Shown one piece after another: positions 40,758-49,893 of a DNA stretch of 54,394 nt. Within the stretch, counting starts at the first letter, position 1, and every line of letters begins with the position of its first letter. The position numbers and the translations under genes are program-made. The stretch lies in IMG/VR virus record IMGVR_UViG_2541047847_000004; one strand, written 5' to 3'. A model generated the notes under the pieces. It was not told the origin of the DNA, did not search any database, and saw nothing but the letters and a program-made list of their open reading frames with translations. This DNA comes from a virus (lineage: Duplodnaviria; Heunggongvirae; Uroviricota; Caudoviricetes).

Positions 40758-40909
40758 AGCGATGTCATTCTTATACGATGGATTTATAGATTATCTACTA
40801 TTCATAGTTGGTTATGAAGACTGGGATATAACAGTAAAAGATACGTGTAAGATCCGCAAGATAGTTAATGTCGAAAAAAATCATTAATTACATCAAGTTA
40901 GTGATATTT

Positions 40910-40941
40910 GGACTCGGGTTCAACTCCCGCCAGCTCCACCA
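40910..40941 (+). repeat. ssrA: 3'-terminal fragment of tmRNA gene ssrA (attachment-site repeat)
   Basis: GGACTCGGGTTCAACTCCCGCCAGCTCCACCA matches the T-arm/acceptor 3' end of E. coli tmRNA; upstream sequence is unrelated AT-rich DNA, so only the att core is present. Confidence 0.7.
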
Positions 40942-41055
40942 CTTGCTCTTCCGGATACGTCCGGAGAAATCCTGAAAGCCCGCATGGCACAAGCTTTGCG
41001 GGCTTTTTTGTGTCTATCTTTGTCCGAGGATATCCAGCTAAATCCAGTGATTATT

Positions 41056-41103
41056 GGTATATGTTTAGGTATACGGTAAGATGTATACCTAAAAGCGTAT
41101 ACC
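41056..41103. repeat. Cluster of four GGTATAC motifs upstream of int (putative integrase arm-type sites)
   Basis: Two direct and two inverted GGTATAC copies; two further copies at 52640-52658 near the other element end. Confidence 0.35.
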
Positions 41104-41125
41104 AATACTCTGAGGTAGGATAATC

Positions 41126-42319
41126 GTGGCACGTACAACACGCCCTCTTACTAACACTGAACTATCACGTGCTAAAGCAACTGAAAAGGATCTAACGCTA
41201 CATGATGGTGATGGGCTTTTTCTACTCATAAAAACGAACGGAAGGAAGTTGTGGCGTTTCCGATACCAGAAGCCTGTATCAAAACAGAGAACCATGATTA
41301 GTTTAGGAACGTTCCCCGCCCTATCTCTGGCTGAGGCCAGAAACGTGCGTGCTGAGTATCTTTCCTTATTAGCCCGGGGTATTGATCCACAAACATACAG
41401 TAAGCAAGTCTCAGAACATCAACAGATTGCGATTGATAGTATTTTTTCAAAAGTTGCCACAAATTGGTTTGCCATAAAAAGCAATAACGTCACACCTGAT
41501 TATGCAAAGGATATATGGCGATCCTTAGAGAGGGACATTTTCCCTGCTATCGGTGAGATTCCTGTTCAGGAAATAAAAGCCCGCACATTAATTGAAGCCC
41601 TAGAGCCAATTAAAGCTCGTGGGGCACTTGAGACTGTTCGTCGTTTAGTACAACGTATTAATGAAATTATGATTTATGCTGTTAATACTGGTCTGATAGA
41701 TGCTAACCCTGCTTCAGGCATTGGTATGGCATTTGAAAAACCTAAAAAACAGCACATGCCAACGCTTAGACCTGAAGAATTACCGAAACTCATGCGTTCA
41801 ATAACAATGTCTAATTTATCTATTCCAACTCGTTGTTTGATTGAATGGCAACTCTTAACACTTGTACGCCCTGCAGAAGCTTCCAATGCAAAGTGGATAG
41901 AGATCGATTTCGAAGCTAAACTATGGATAATACCAGCCAATAGAATGAAGGCAAAGCGGGAACATATTGTTCCATTATCACTTCAGACATTAGATATTCT
42001 TGAAATTATGAAGCCAATCAGTTCACATCGAGAATATATTTTTCCTAGCAGGAATAACCCCAATCAACCAATGAACAGTCAGACGGCAAATGCAGCCTTA
42101 AAGCGCATCGGTTATGGTGGTAAGTTGGTTGCACACGGACTGCGTTCGATAGCAAGTACAGCAATGAATGAAGCTGGTATAAATCCAGATATTATCGAAG
42201 CAGCACTTTCCCATTGTGATAAAAATGAGGTTAGAAGAGCATATAATCGAACAACCTACTTGGAACAAAGAAAAGAGCTTATGAATTGGTGGGGTAGTTT
42301 CATTTCAAAAAACAAATAA
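41126..42319 (+). CDS. int: P4-type tyrosine integrase
   Basis: 397 aa from GTG; N-terminus MARTTRPLT...LHDGDGLFLLIKTNGRKLWRFRY typical of P4-family integrases next to ssrA. Confidence 0.9.
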   Translation: MARTTRPLTNTELSRAKATEKDLTLHDGDGLFLLIKTNGRKLWRFRYQKPVSKQRTMISLGTFPALSLAEARNVRAEYLSLLARGIDPQTYSKQVSEHQQIAIDSIFSKVATNWFAIKSNNVTPDYAKDIWRSLERDIFPAIGEIPVQEIKARTLIEALEPIKARGALETVRRLVQRINEIMIYAVNTGLIDANPASGIGMAFEKPKKQHMPTLRPEELPKLMRSITMSNLSIPTRCLIEWQLLTLVRPAEASNAKWIEIDFEAKLWIIPANRMKAKREHIVPLSLQTLDILEIMKPISSHREYIFPSRNNPNQPMNSQTANAALKRIGYGGKLVAHGLRSIASTAMNEAGINPDIIEAALSHCDKNEVRRAYNRTTYLEQRKELMNWWGSFISKNK

Positions 42320-42329
42320 GGATATAGTG

Positions 42330-43445
42330 ATGAATAATAAAGATTTTCCATGCAAAGCCTCAAATATCTATGATAAAAATATAAATTTTTTATTTGGCTC
42401 AGGCTCCTCTGCTTCATATATTCCTACTCTCTATCTAGATAAAAACACTACTTATGAAACATTACTTACACATGAGGATTGTGAGGGTGTCAAGGACTTC
42501 ATATTATGTTCTTATTTCAATAATATCATTAGAAAAACATTTTGTGTTAAACCTAATAGTGAAGACAAAAAATATAATTCTACTTTAGCAAACTATAGCT
42601 ACTTTATTGATGAACTAATCAAATTATTAGAGAAAAAAGGGGCAAATCAAATAAGGCGAGCGAATATTTTTACAACAAATTATGATCTTTTTTTCGAAAC
42701 TGCGGCTGATGATATTTTAAATAATAAAACATTTCATTTCAATGACGGTGGTCTAGGTTTCAAAAGCCGGAAATTGAACATTAGTAATTTTCATATTACT
42801 GCTTGGCATCAAGGTACGCATGATATGTACAAACATGAAATTCCAACAGTAAACTTAATAAAAATGCATGGTTCTGTTTCTTGGTGTAGAGATATTAATG
42901 AAACGATTAGTATTAATTACACTCAAGAAGAACCACCAAAGTTTAGACTAGATACAAAAAAAGACATTAATGATTTAGTCACCACCTTAAACGAAACAAG
43001 CGATAATCTCGTTAGTTATTTAAATTTATCTACAAGCGATCAAGAAACACTTCAAGAATTTAAATCTTATTACAACAACTTAGCTATAGTTAGCCCAACT
43101 AAAGAAAAATTTTCTGAAACTGTTTTTCAACAACATTATTACCAATGTTTACGATTGCTAAGTTATGAATTAGAGAAACCACAAACTGTATTAATTTGTT
43201 TTGGTTTTTCTTTTCAAGATGAACACATACGTGAGATTATAAAAAGATCATTAAGTAACCCTACTCTTAAGGTCTTTGTTTTTTGCTACTCAAAATCCAG
43301 CATGGAAAGTATACAGCACATTATCAATGACCAACGAATAACCTATATTCTTCCTATAGAAGATGATCATACAATTTCATTTAAACCGTTTATAGATAGA
43401 GTATTTAGATCTGAACACGGAGATTGGATTACATGGAAGAACTAA
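42330..43445 (+). CDS. SIR2-family NADase-like protein (defence pair with HerA)
   Basis: FLFGSGSS (Rossmann GxGxS), TTNYD and KMHGSVSW motifs characteristic of SIR2 domains; AT-rich; start at ATG 42330. Confidence 0.7.
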   Translation: MNNKDFPCKASNIYDKNINFLFGSGSSASYIPTLYLDKNTTYETLLTHEDCEGVKDFILCSYFNNIIRKTFCVKPNSEDKKYNSTLANYSYFIDELIKLLEKKGANQIRRANIFTTNYDLFFETAADDILNNKTFHFNDGGLGFKSRKLNISNFHITAWHQGTHDMYKHEIPTVNLIKMHGSVSWCRDINETISINYTQEEPPKFRLDTKKDINDLVTTLNETSDNLVSYLNLSTSDQETLQEFKSYYNNLAIVSPTKEKFSETVFQQHYYQCLRLLSYELEKPQTVLICFGFSFQDEHIREIIKRSLSNPTLKVFVFCYSKSSMESIQHIINDQRITYILPIEDDHTISFKPFIDRVFRSEHGDWITWKN

Positions 43446-45205
43446 TTGTTGGTAATGTTACCCAAATAAAGGGCACAACAGTAAGGGCCAAAATCAATCA
43501 TGACTTTTTTCAGTCAACATACTTTCATAAAGGTAAAATACTACGAGGTATCTCTATAAATGAATTTGTTTTGATTAAAAAAGGTTATCACGATATCGTC
43601 GGAAAGATTATTGGTGAAGAAATTGTTGAAAACATCAATATTAGAAGCGATGAAATTGAACAAAAAAAATATGACCGTTTTGTAGAACTGAATATTTTAG
43701 GGTATTTTTTTGAGAGTTCATTTTATTCCGGTATAAAATTTTTACCAATGATAAATGACAGCTTACACTTAATTTCAGACGAGAAGATATCAGAAATATA
43801 TAAGTTTAGCAAAAACACTAAAGCACCTTTAATAAACATAGGGAAATCTATGTTAGAGGAGTTGCCAATTAACATACCAATAAATGGTATTTTTAATTCA
43901 CACATAGGCATATTTGGAAACACTGGAAGTGGCAAGTCCAACACTCTTGCAAAACTTTATCACTCTCTAATAAACCTTATAACAACAAAAGAAAGAGTTA
44001 TATCAAAATCAAGTTTTGTTTTGATTGATTTTAATGGTGAATACAGCACATTTGCTACGTCATTTCCAGATTTGTGCGAACAAGTCAATCTCAACACAAA
44101 GAATTCCGGTGATAAACTAACTTTCACTGATGATGAATTTTGGGATGATGAATTATTATCGGTATTGTTTTCTGCAACTGAAAAAACTCAAAAGCCATTT
44201 CTTAGTCATTTAATTAAAAATAGAGAAAAATATAATGGTAAATTGGAGGATTACTTACAAACAACTATCCACAGTATGTTTTCTCCTAATCCACACAGGG
44301 AAACAATAAATTTATTAAAAAGCCTTGCCCCTTACTTTTCAGAGAGAGCACAGGGTAAAATACTTGAAGAGTTATCACAATTCTCATGGCATTCTGGGCA
44401 AAATAAGTATTTGCACTCAAAATACAACTTCATTGATAAAATGGAAGATGCTTTACAGGCTTTAGATGCAACATATAAATCCAAGTTTAAGTTAAACAGC
44501 GTTTTTGATGAAGTTGCAATCCGATCTATTCTACAACTAATTAATTCAGTATCACGTAATTATGTACAATATGATCATATATATCCGCTAATTAATAAAA
44601 TAACGGCAATGACTCCTGCCCTATCCAAAGTAATTAATATCAGAAACGAAACAAAAAATAAAAAACCTATATATATAGTGTCATTAAAAGAGTGCAATCA
44701 ATTAATCAAAAAAACCATTCCAATGATGCTTGCAAAATGTTCATTCTTAGAGCACAAGTCATCTAAAAATACAAAGGAAAGCTTCCACCTAATTATAGAT
44801 GAAGCACACAACATATTGTCTGAAACATCTGTCAGAGAGGCGGAAACATGGAAAGATTATAGGCTTGAGTTATTTGAGGAAATAATAAAAGAGGGAAGGA
44901 AGTTTGGGTTCTTCGTTACAATTTCGAGTCAACGACCTTTTGACATCTCTCCCACAATTGTTTCCCAACTTCATAATTATTTTATTCATCGATTAGTGAA
45001 CGAAAATGATTTGTTTTTGTTAAAAAATACTTTAAGCACCCTTGATGCGGCATCAAGATCACTAATTCCAACACTTCCTCCTGGTGGGTGTATAGTTTCA
45101 GGAACAGCTTTCCACACCCCATTACTTGTTCAAATCGACAGATTAGCTGAGGAAAATGCTCCTAACAGCGATACTCTTGATTTAGAAAAATTGTGGGATA
45201 TTTAA
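43433..45205 (+). CDS. herA: HerA-like ATPase
   Basis: Walker A GNTGSGKSN and Walker B HLIIDEAHN; overlaps SIR2 stop; start at ATG 43433 (track TTG 43424). Confidence 0.75.
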   Translation: MEELIVGNVTQIKGTTVRAKINHDFFQSTYFHKGKILRGISINEFVLIKKGYHDIVGKIIGEEIVENINIRSDEIEQKKYDRFVELNILGYFFESSFYSGIKFLPMINDSLHLISDEKISEIYKFSKNTKAPLINIGKSMLEELPINIPINGIFNSHIGIFGNTGSGKSNTLAKLYHSLINLITTKERVISKSSFVLIDFNGEYSTFATSFPDLCEQVNLNTKNSGDKLTFTDDEFWDDELLSVLFSATEKTQKPFLSHLIKNREKYNGKLEDYLQTTIHSMFSPNPHRETINLLKSLAPYFSERAQGKILEELSQFSWHSGQNKYLHSKYNFIDKMEDALQALDATYKSKFKLNSVFDEVAIRSILQLINSVSRNYVQYDHIYPLINKITAMTPALSKVINIRNETKNKKPIYIVSLKECNQLIKKTIPMMLAKCSFLEHKSSKNTKESFHLIIDEAHNILSETSVREAETWKDYRLELFEEIIKEGRKFGFFVTISSQRPFDISPTIVSQLHNYFIHRLVNENDLFLLKNTLSTLDAASRSLIPTLPPGGCIVSGTAFHTPLLVQIDRLAEENAPNSDTLDLEKLWDI

Positions 45206-45225
45206 TATCGCTACGCGCAGTGCTT

Positions 45226-45262
45226 TCCCCGCCTCGCCCGCACGCTTTGCGGGGCGGTTTTA
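45226..45262 (+). terminator. Intrinsic terminator after herA
   Basis: ccccgc...gcgggg stem followed by cggtttta; two further GC-rich hairpins at 45286-45309 and 45340-45374. Confidence 0.5.
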
Positions 45263-45402
45263 ATGCAGTTGCACTGACACGCTCAGACCGCGCCGGGAAT
45301 GGCGCGGTCTGCAGAAAATGAGGCAGGGAAACGCATGCAAAGCCATGCACCTTATCGATGCATGGCTTTTTTCAGTAAAAACAGGCGGATTTTCGGGAAA
45401 TT

Positions 45403-45975
45403 TTACACAGACTGACGTGATGCCAGTTGCGCACTTTTACGCGAAAAAATCATGTTCTGCGCAGGGGTAAATTTTTCACGGCTGTCGTCCACCGAAGCCG
45501 CGTCAGGCCTGAATCCGATGGTCGTTAAAATGTCGCTATCCTGTGCGGAATAATTAATTTTTTCCCCCTTCGCAAGCCAGGACAGAAGGGCTTCACGCAG
45601 GGCATCTGTGGCACGCTGTATGGCACAGTTTCGGGCAATGGCCGTCAGCTCACTGTAGCCCATCAGCTCCGGTGCCAGTGCCGCCGCCAGTGCTGTGCCG
45701 TGCTGCTGCATAAAATCATTCAGCCGGTCGCGGATGCTGATGTGCTGAACGGCTTCATGCGAACGAATATAACGACCAGCGGCCTGATTCACCTGCCATT
45801 TTCTGACTTCGATAATATTGCGTAATTCGTCCAGGCGACTGACGTTTCTGCCTTCTCCTGACAGAAGCCGCAGATATTCCTGTTCGGCCGCTGCCAGCTC
45901 ATTTTTGCGTTGCAGCCATGCTGCTTTGTTATTCTGACAGGTGTCAAAGGCCTGCTGTAAGGCTGTGCTTTCCAT
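45403..45975 (-). CDS. psu: Polarity suppression protein Psu
   Basis: 190 aa, same length and position as P4 Psu in the sid-delta-psu block. Confidence 0.75.
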   Translation of the reverse strand: MESTALQQAFDTCQNNKAAWLQRKNELAAAEQEYLRLLSGEGRNVSRLDELRNIIEVRKWQVNQAAGRYIRSHEAVQHISIRDRLNDFMQQHGTALAAALAPELMGYSELTAIARNCAIQRATDALREALLSWLAKGEKINYSAQDSDILTTIGFRPDAASVDDSREKFTPAQNMIFSRKSAQLASRQSV

Positions 45976-46048
45976 CGTTATCTCTTTCTCATCATGCTGA
46001 AGAATAAAAATACGGTGTGCGGCGACGGCCGGTGTTAACCGGCAGCCC

Positions 46049-46549
46049 TCATTCCAGACGCAGCGAATATGATTGTGTTTTTAAGCGTACTGGCGGCAGT
46101 TCCTGTTTTTCATGCAGGCTTTCTGCCAGTTCGTCCGGCGTGACCGGGCGGACAATGAAACGGTTGATGGTCTGAAGCGTTTTAAACACCAGACCACAGC
46201 CCGGATCCGTGCACACATAAAAACGCTCGGTGACTTCCTGAGACAGACGCCGCGATGTTCTTGACAGTGCAAGGCCTTTACATCTCCGACAACAATATCC
46301 GGTAACAAGCATTCTTTTCGGGCGTTTCATACTGCCGGAGGCTGACGTCAGTGAATCGCGGTATCTCTGTTTGCCTGAAATGTATTCCATTCCTGAATCT
46401 TTACTGTCAGAGAAAAAGCTTTCACTCGCTTCAAATGTCGCAGAGCAATAAATATTCCGGCACTGTGCAATCATTATCTTGGTGCCATCGTCCATGAAAT
46501 GTGCGCGGCGGGTGTGAGCAACATGACCACACGACGGGCAGTAAATCAT
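46049..46549 (-). CDS. delta: Delta (Ogr/Delta zinc-finger late transcription activator)
   Basis: 166 aa with two CxxC...CxxC units (CPSCGH...C...C and CCRRCKG...CTDPGC). Confidence 0.75.
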   Translation of the reverse strand: MIYCPSCGHVAHTRRAHFMDDGTKIMIAQCRNIYCSATFEASESFFSDSKDSGMEYISGKQRYRDSLTSASGSMKRPKRMLVTGYCCRRCKGLALSRTSRRLSQEVTERFYVCTDPGCGLVFKTLQTINRFIVRPVTPDELAESLHEKQELPPVRLKTQSYSLRLE

Positions 46550-47280
46550 GACAGCAGTCCTCTGGCCTTAAGCACTGCTCCCTGCTGGTCTATTTTGTCC
46601 TGCCACACCTTGCGCTGTGCCGGTGTGCCTGCCACCTCATAATCCATGTGAGGAAGTGTTGCCGCTGACAGTCCGGTCAGCCGGAGAACCGGCTCGCCGG
46701 TGAGGCTGATTTGCATCTGTTTAATTTTCTGTTCCAGCGATGATTTCACCTGCTGCATGACAGCCTTTTCCGGTGCGACGTAGCCCTGATGGCCGGTGGT
46801 GTTGGCGAGCGGATTTTCCTGTACCAGAATGCTCAGATGCATTGCCCGGACAAGCGCCTCACAGGTTTCATTCAGGGCGTGTTCCAGCTCATGCTCTGCA
46901 TACAGACTCAGAAGGTGATGATGTGCCTTCCGGTAGGCGGTGGCCGTGCTGTCACACGCCCCTTTCAGGCGTTCGCGTTCAAAATTCAGCACCACGGCCA
47001 GATTGTCATATTCCTGTACCAGTTCCCGGCGTGCCACGCGCTCAATGTGGCGCTGTTTCAGCTCGTCGCTCAGGACACCACCGGCTGCACGAAAGGCCGT
47101 GCGCCAGTCGTCAGCGTCGTTTCCGTCGGCCTGCGCCAGCGCATTTTTTTCCTGCTCTGCCCGTTCAATGGCCGTGACGGTCTCATCCATCAGGCGGGCG
47201 TTCTCAAGATGGGCGGCTCTGGCCTTTTCCAGTTGTGCCAGTGCGGGTTGCAGATATTCAGGGATGGTGTTGTCAGACAT
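46546..47280 (-). CDS. sid: Capsid size determination protein Sid
   Basis: 244 aa from ATG 47280; upstream of delta with overlapping stop/start. Confidence 0.7.
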   Translation of the reverse strand: MSDNTIPEYLQPALAQLEKARAAHLENARLMDETVTAIERAEQEKNALAQADGNDADDWRTAFRAAGGVLSDELKQRHIERVARRELVQEYDNLAVVLNFERERLKGACDSTATAYRKAHHHLLSLYAEHELEHALNETCEALVRAMHLSILVQENPLANTTGHQGYVAPEKAVMQQVKSSLEQKIKQMQISLTGEPVLRLTGLSAATLPHMDYEVAGTPAQRKVWQDKIDQQGAVLKARGLLS

Positions 47281-47449
47281 TTTCCGGCTCCTCGTCACTT
47301 CAGGTTAAGAAAATTGTGACGTACACCGGACAACAACACGACGCATTGCAGATGTGCCAGCCCTGACACAGGAGACTCATCCTCAGACCGGCAAGCCAGG
47401 AAAAGGTCGCAGGAAAAACCGGCTTACTGTTTGTTTTTTTATATTTTAC

Positions 47450-47553
47450 TGTTCACCTCTGTTCACCATAAGAAAAAAGACAAGTAATACAGTAAGTTAA
47501 ATGGTGAACAATCGCAGTAATGACTGTTCACCGTCTGTTCACCACTGTTCACC
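47450..47553. repeat. TGTTCACC iteron cluster (P4 crr/ori-type alpha-binding sites)
   Basis: Six TGTTCACC octamers (five direct, one inverted) within ~100 bp. Confidence 0.6.
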
Positions 47554-47880
47554 CGTTGATGGGCTTTTTGTGCTGTTTATTACTGTTTGTTTTTATTAAT
47601 TCGCCGGGAATGAATAAGAAAAAACGATTTGTATTTCACTATAAAAATTACGAATTGCTTTAAGTGGCTTTAAATGACTTTAAGTGGAGATGAACAAAAA
47701 ACACACAAGCATTATAAGACTGCCGGAACAAATCCCCCCTGTTGCGTCTGCTGAAAATATTCACAAAATAAAGCGCTACCCGAAGCCGGACGGACTTATC
47801 CGGTGCTGTATGGACATTAACGAGGTAGCCCGATGCAAGCTGTTTTTTCTTCCCCGTCTCCCGCCCCTGTGACGCCACTG

Positions 47881-48099
47881 ATGCCGCTGCCGGACATCAC
47901 GCAGGAGCGTTTTTTACGTCTGCCGGAAGTGATGCACCTGTGCGGCCTGTCACGCTCGACCATCTATGAACTCATCCGTAAGGGGGAATTTCCGCCGCAG
48001 GTGAGTCTTGGCGGTAAAAATGTGGCCTGGCTGCACTCTGAAGTCACTGCATGGATGGCCGGGCGCATTGCCGGACGCAAACGGGGGTACGACGCATGA
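47881..48099 (+). CDS. AlpA-family transcriptional regulator (Vis-like)
   Basis: [31 protein letters not shown] typical of AlpA; start set to ATG 47881. Confidence 0.6.
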   Translation: MPLPDITQERFLRLPEVMHLCGLSRSTIYELIRKGEFPPQVSLGGKNVAWLHSEVTAWMAGRIAGRKRGYDA

Positions 48100-48497
48100 T
48101 GATGCCCGCTCTGCAAAAACGCCCTTTTTCTGGCTTGCCTTTTTCCGGCATTTGCGGATATAGTTTTTCCGCTGCCGCAAAATCGGCAGCCGGGCGTGGA
48201 AACCCGAGCAATTCACAGGCGACATATGACGCGCCATGCGTCTTTTTTTGTGTCGCAATCAACGCCACAGAGCGCCAGATTATGGTGTGGTGTGTGGTCA
48301 GTCGTGCAGATGGCATTCCGTGCATCCTGCCCGCGTCCGCTCATTATGCCGCAGAGTCAATGGTAGCTCAGGCGGGGCAGCCTCCGGGCTGGCCGGTATC
48401 CTGTGAAGCCGGTATTTCCACCCCCGTCTGGGCTATCGCCATCGAGCGTGGAAACTCCGGCGATAGCGTTATTTGCTATTCACAGGAGGCTGCCATC

Positions 48498-48695
48498 ATG
48501 GCTACAACCCTTACCCCCTCACACCCTGAATTTGTCTTTGTGTTTGCGGCTGTCCGTCGCGCAGACCGTCATCCCCGTATCTGTATGCTTCGCACCGTCG
48601 CCGGTGATGAACGCAGTGCCCGCCGTTCCCTTGTCCGTGACTATGTGCTCTCCCTTGCTGCCCGTCTGCCGGTGGTGGAGGTGTCCCGTGCGTAA
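48498..48695 (+). CDS. Icd-like small protein
   Basis: 65 aa from ATG 48498 (AGGAGG upstream); in-frame with a longer track ORF that I consider an artefact. Confidence 0.4.
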   Translation: MATTLTPSHPEFVFVFAAVRRADRHPRICMLRTVAGDERSARRSLVRDYVLSLAARLPVVEVSRA

Positions 48696-48975
48696 TAAAA
48701 AAGCCCCTCAGACCGTCTCAGCGCGTCATGACGCCCGTGAACACCTCAGCATTGAGGCTTACCATAAGCTCAACCGCGCCAGCGCCGTATCCCGGTTTGT
48801 TGGGGGTGATTTGATTCACCGTGAACTCTCCGGCCTGCATCAGCTCTACATTCCGCATATTTTCAGCTACCTGAATGAAGATATTGATTTTGTGCTGAAT
48901 GAGCTGAAAGCCAAAGGCCTGTGCCGCGATTTTCTCGCCCAGCAGAAAGACCGGGGAGACAGGACGCATGTTTGA
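48688..48975 (+). CDS. Hypothetical 95-aa protein (epsilon-like by position)
   Basis: GTG start with GGAGG 7 nt upstream, overlaps preceding stop; position equivalent to P4 epsilon. Confidence 0.35.
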   Translation: MRNKKAPQTVSARHDAREHLSIEAYHKLNRASAVSRFVGGDLIHRELSGLHQLYIPHIFSYLNEDIDFVLNELKAKGLCRDFLAQQKDRGDRTHV

Positions 48976-49423
48976 TTTTCCCCAGCCCGGTGAGATTTAC
49001 CGTTCTGCCGGTTTTCCCGATGTGGCCGTGGTCGGCATTCTGGAAGACGGTATTCCGTGGGAAATGCCGTACCGCTGCCCGGACATTGTCTGGAACCCGT
49101 ACCGCCGTAAATTCAGTATCCTTGTGCGTATCCTCGCTGACGGGCGCACCACAGACATCCCGCTGGGGCGTTTTCTGCGGGAATTTACCTGTGACCGTCC
49201 TGACCTGTTTAAACGCAGCCCCGTAAACCGGCATGCGGTACTGAAAGAAATGGCCGGAGACCCGGAATTACAGAAATGGCGGGAGAAATATCTGGATATT
49301 TACCCGCAGGACACTGTTCCGGCCAGCCGGGCGGCACCGGTGGCGCGGGAATGGCGGGAAATTCCCCGCACGGAGCCTGACCCGGAAATCACCCCGGATA
49401 ACAGTTACCGCAATTATCTGTAA
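48968..49423 (+). CDS. Hypothetical 151-aa protein (P4 orf151-like by size and position)
   Basis: Translationally coupled to upstream gene; upstream of alpha. Confidence 0.45.
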   Translation: MFDFPQPGEIYRSAGFPDVAVVGILEDGIPWEMPYRCPDIVWNPYRRKFSILVRILADGRTTDIPLGRFLREFTCDRPDLFKRSPVNRHAVLKEMAGDPELQKWREKYLDIYPQDTVPASRAAPVAREWREIPRTEPDPEITPDNSYRNYL

Positions 49424-49558
49424 TTAAAAAACGACACCCGAAAAATTAAATGTGCGTATTCGCGCAGGGATACGCACGTCTTCAGGAGACGCAGATATGC
49501 CTTATCAGTTAATGCAACCGGCACGGAATGCAGTCATCTGTCACAGGGAGGAAAGCAA

Positions 49559-49879
49559 ATGAAAACACCCTTACCGCCCGTCTTACGCGCTGCCCTTTAC
49601 CGTCGCGCTGTCGCCTGTGCCTGGCTGACCGTGTGCGAACGTCAGCACCGCTACCCGCATCTCACCCTTGAGTCACTGGAGGCGGCCATCGCCGCTGAGC
49701 TGGAAGGCTTTTATCTGCGCCAGCACGGTGAGGAAAAAGGGCGTCAGATAGCCTGTGCCCTGCTGGAAGATTTAATGGAATCCGGCCCCCTGAAGGCCGC
49801 GCCGTCGCTGTCCTTTCTCGGGCTGGTTGTGATGGATGAACTCTGTGCCCGTCACATAAAAGCGCCGGTACTGCACTGA
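49559..49879 (+). CDS. Hypothetical 106-aa protein
   Basis: ORF with AGGGAGGA RBS immediately upstream of alpha. Confidence 0.4.
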
Positions 49880-49893
49880 AGGAGAACAACACC

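Noticed and set aside
40757-40941. Possible intact tRNA or tmRNA gene
   Set aside because: Only the terminal ~32 nt of tmRNA are present; no cloverleaf or tmRNA body upstream.
48051-48695. 214-aa ORF spanning the alpA stop to the Icd-like gene
   Set aside because: No RBS at its start, low-complexity sequence; only the C-terminal 65 aa have a good RBS and recognisable character.
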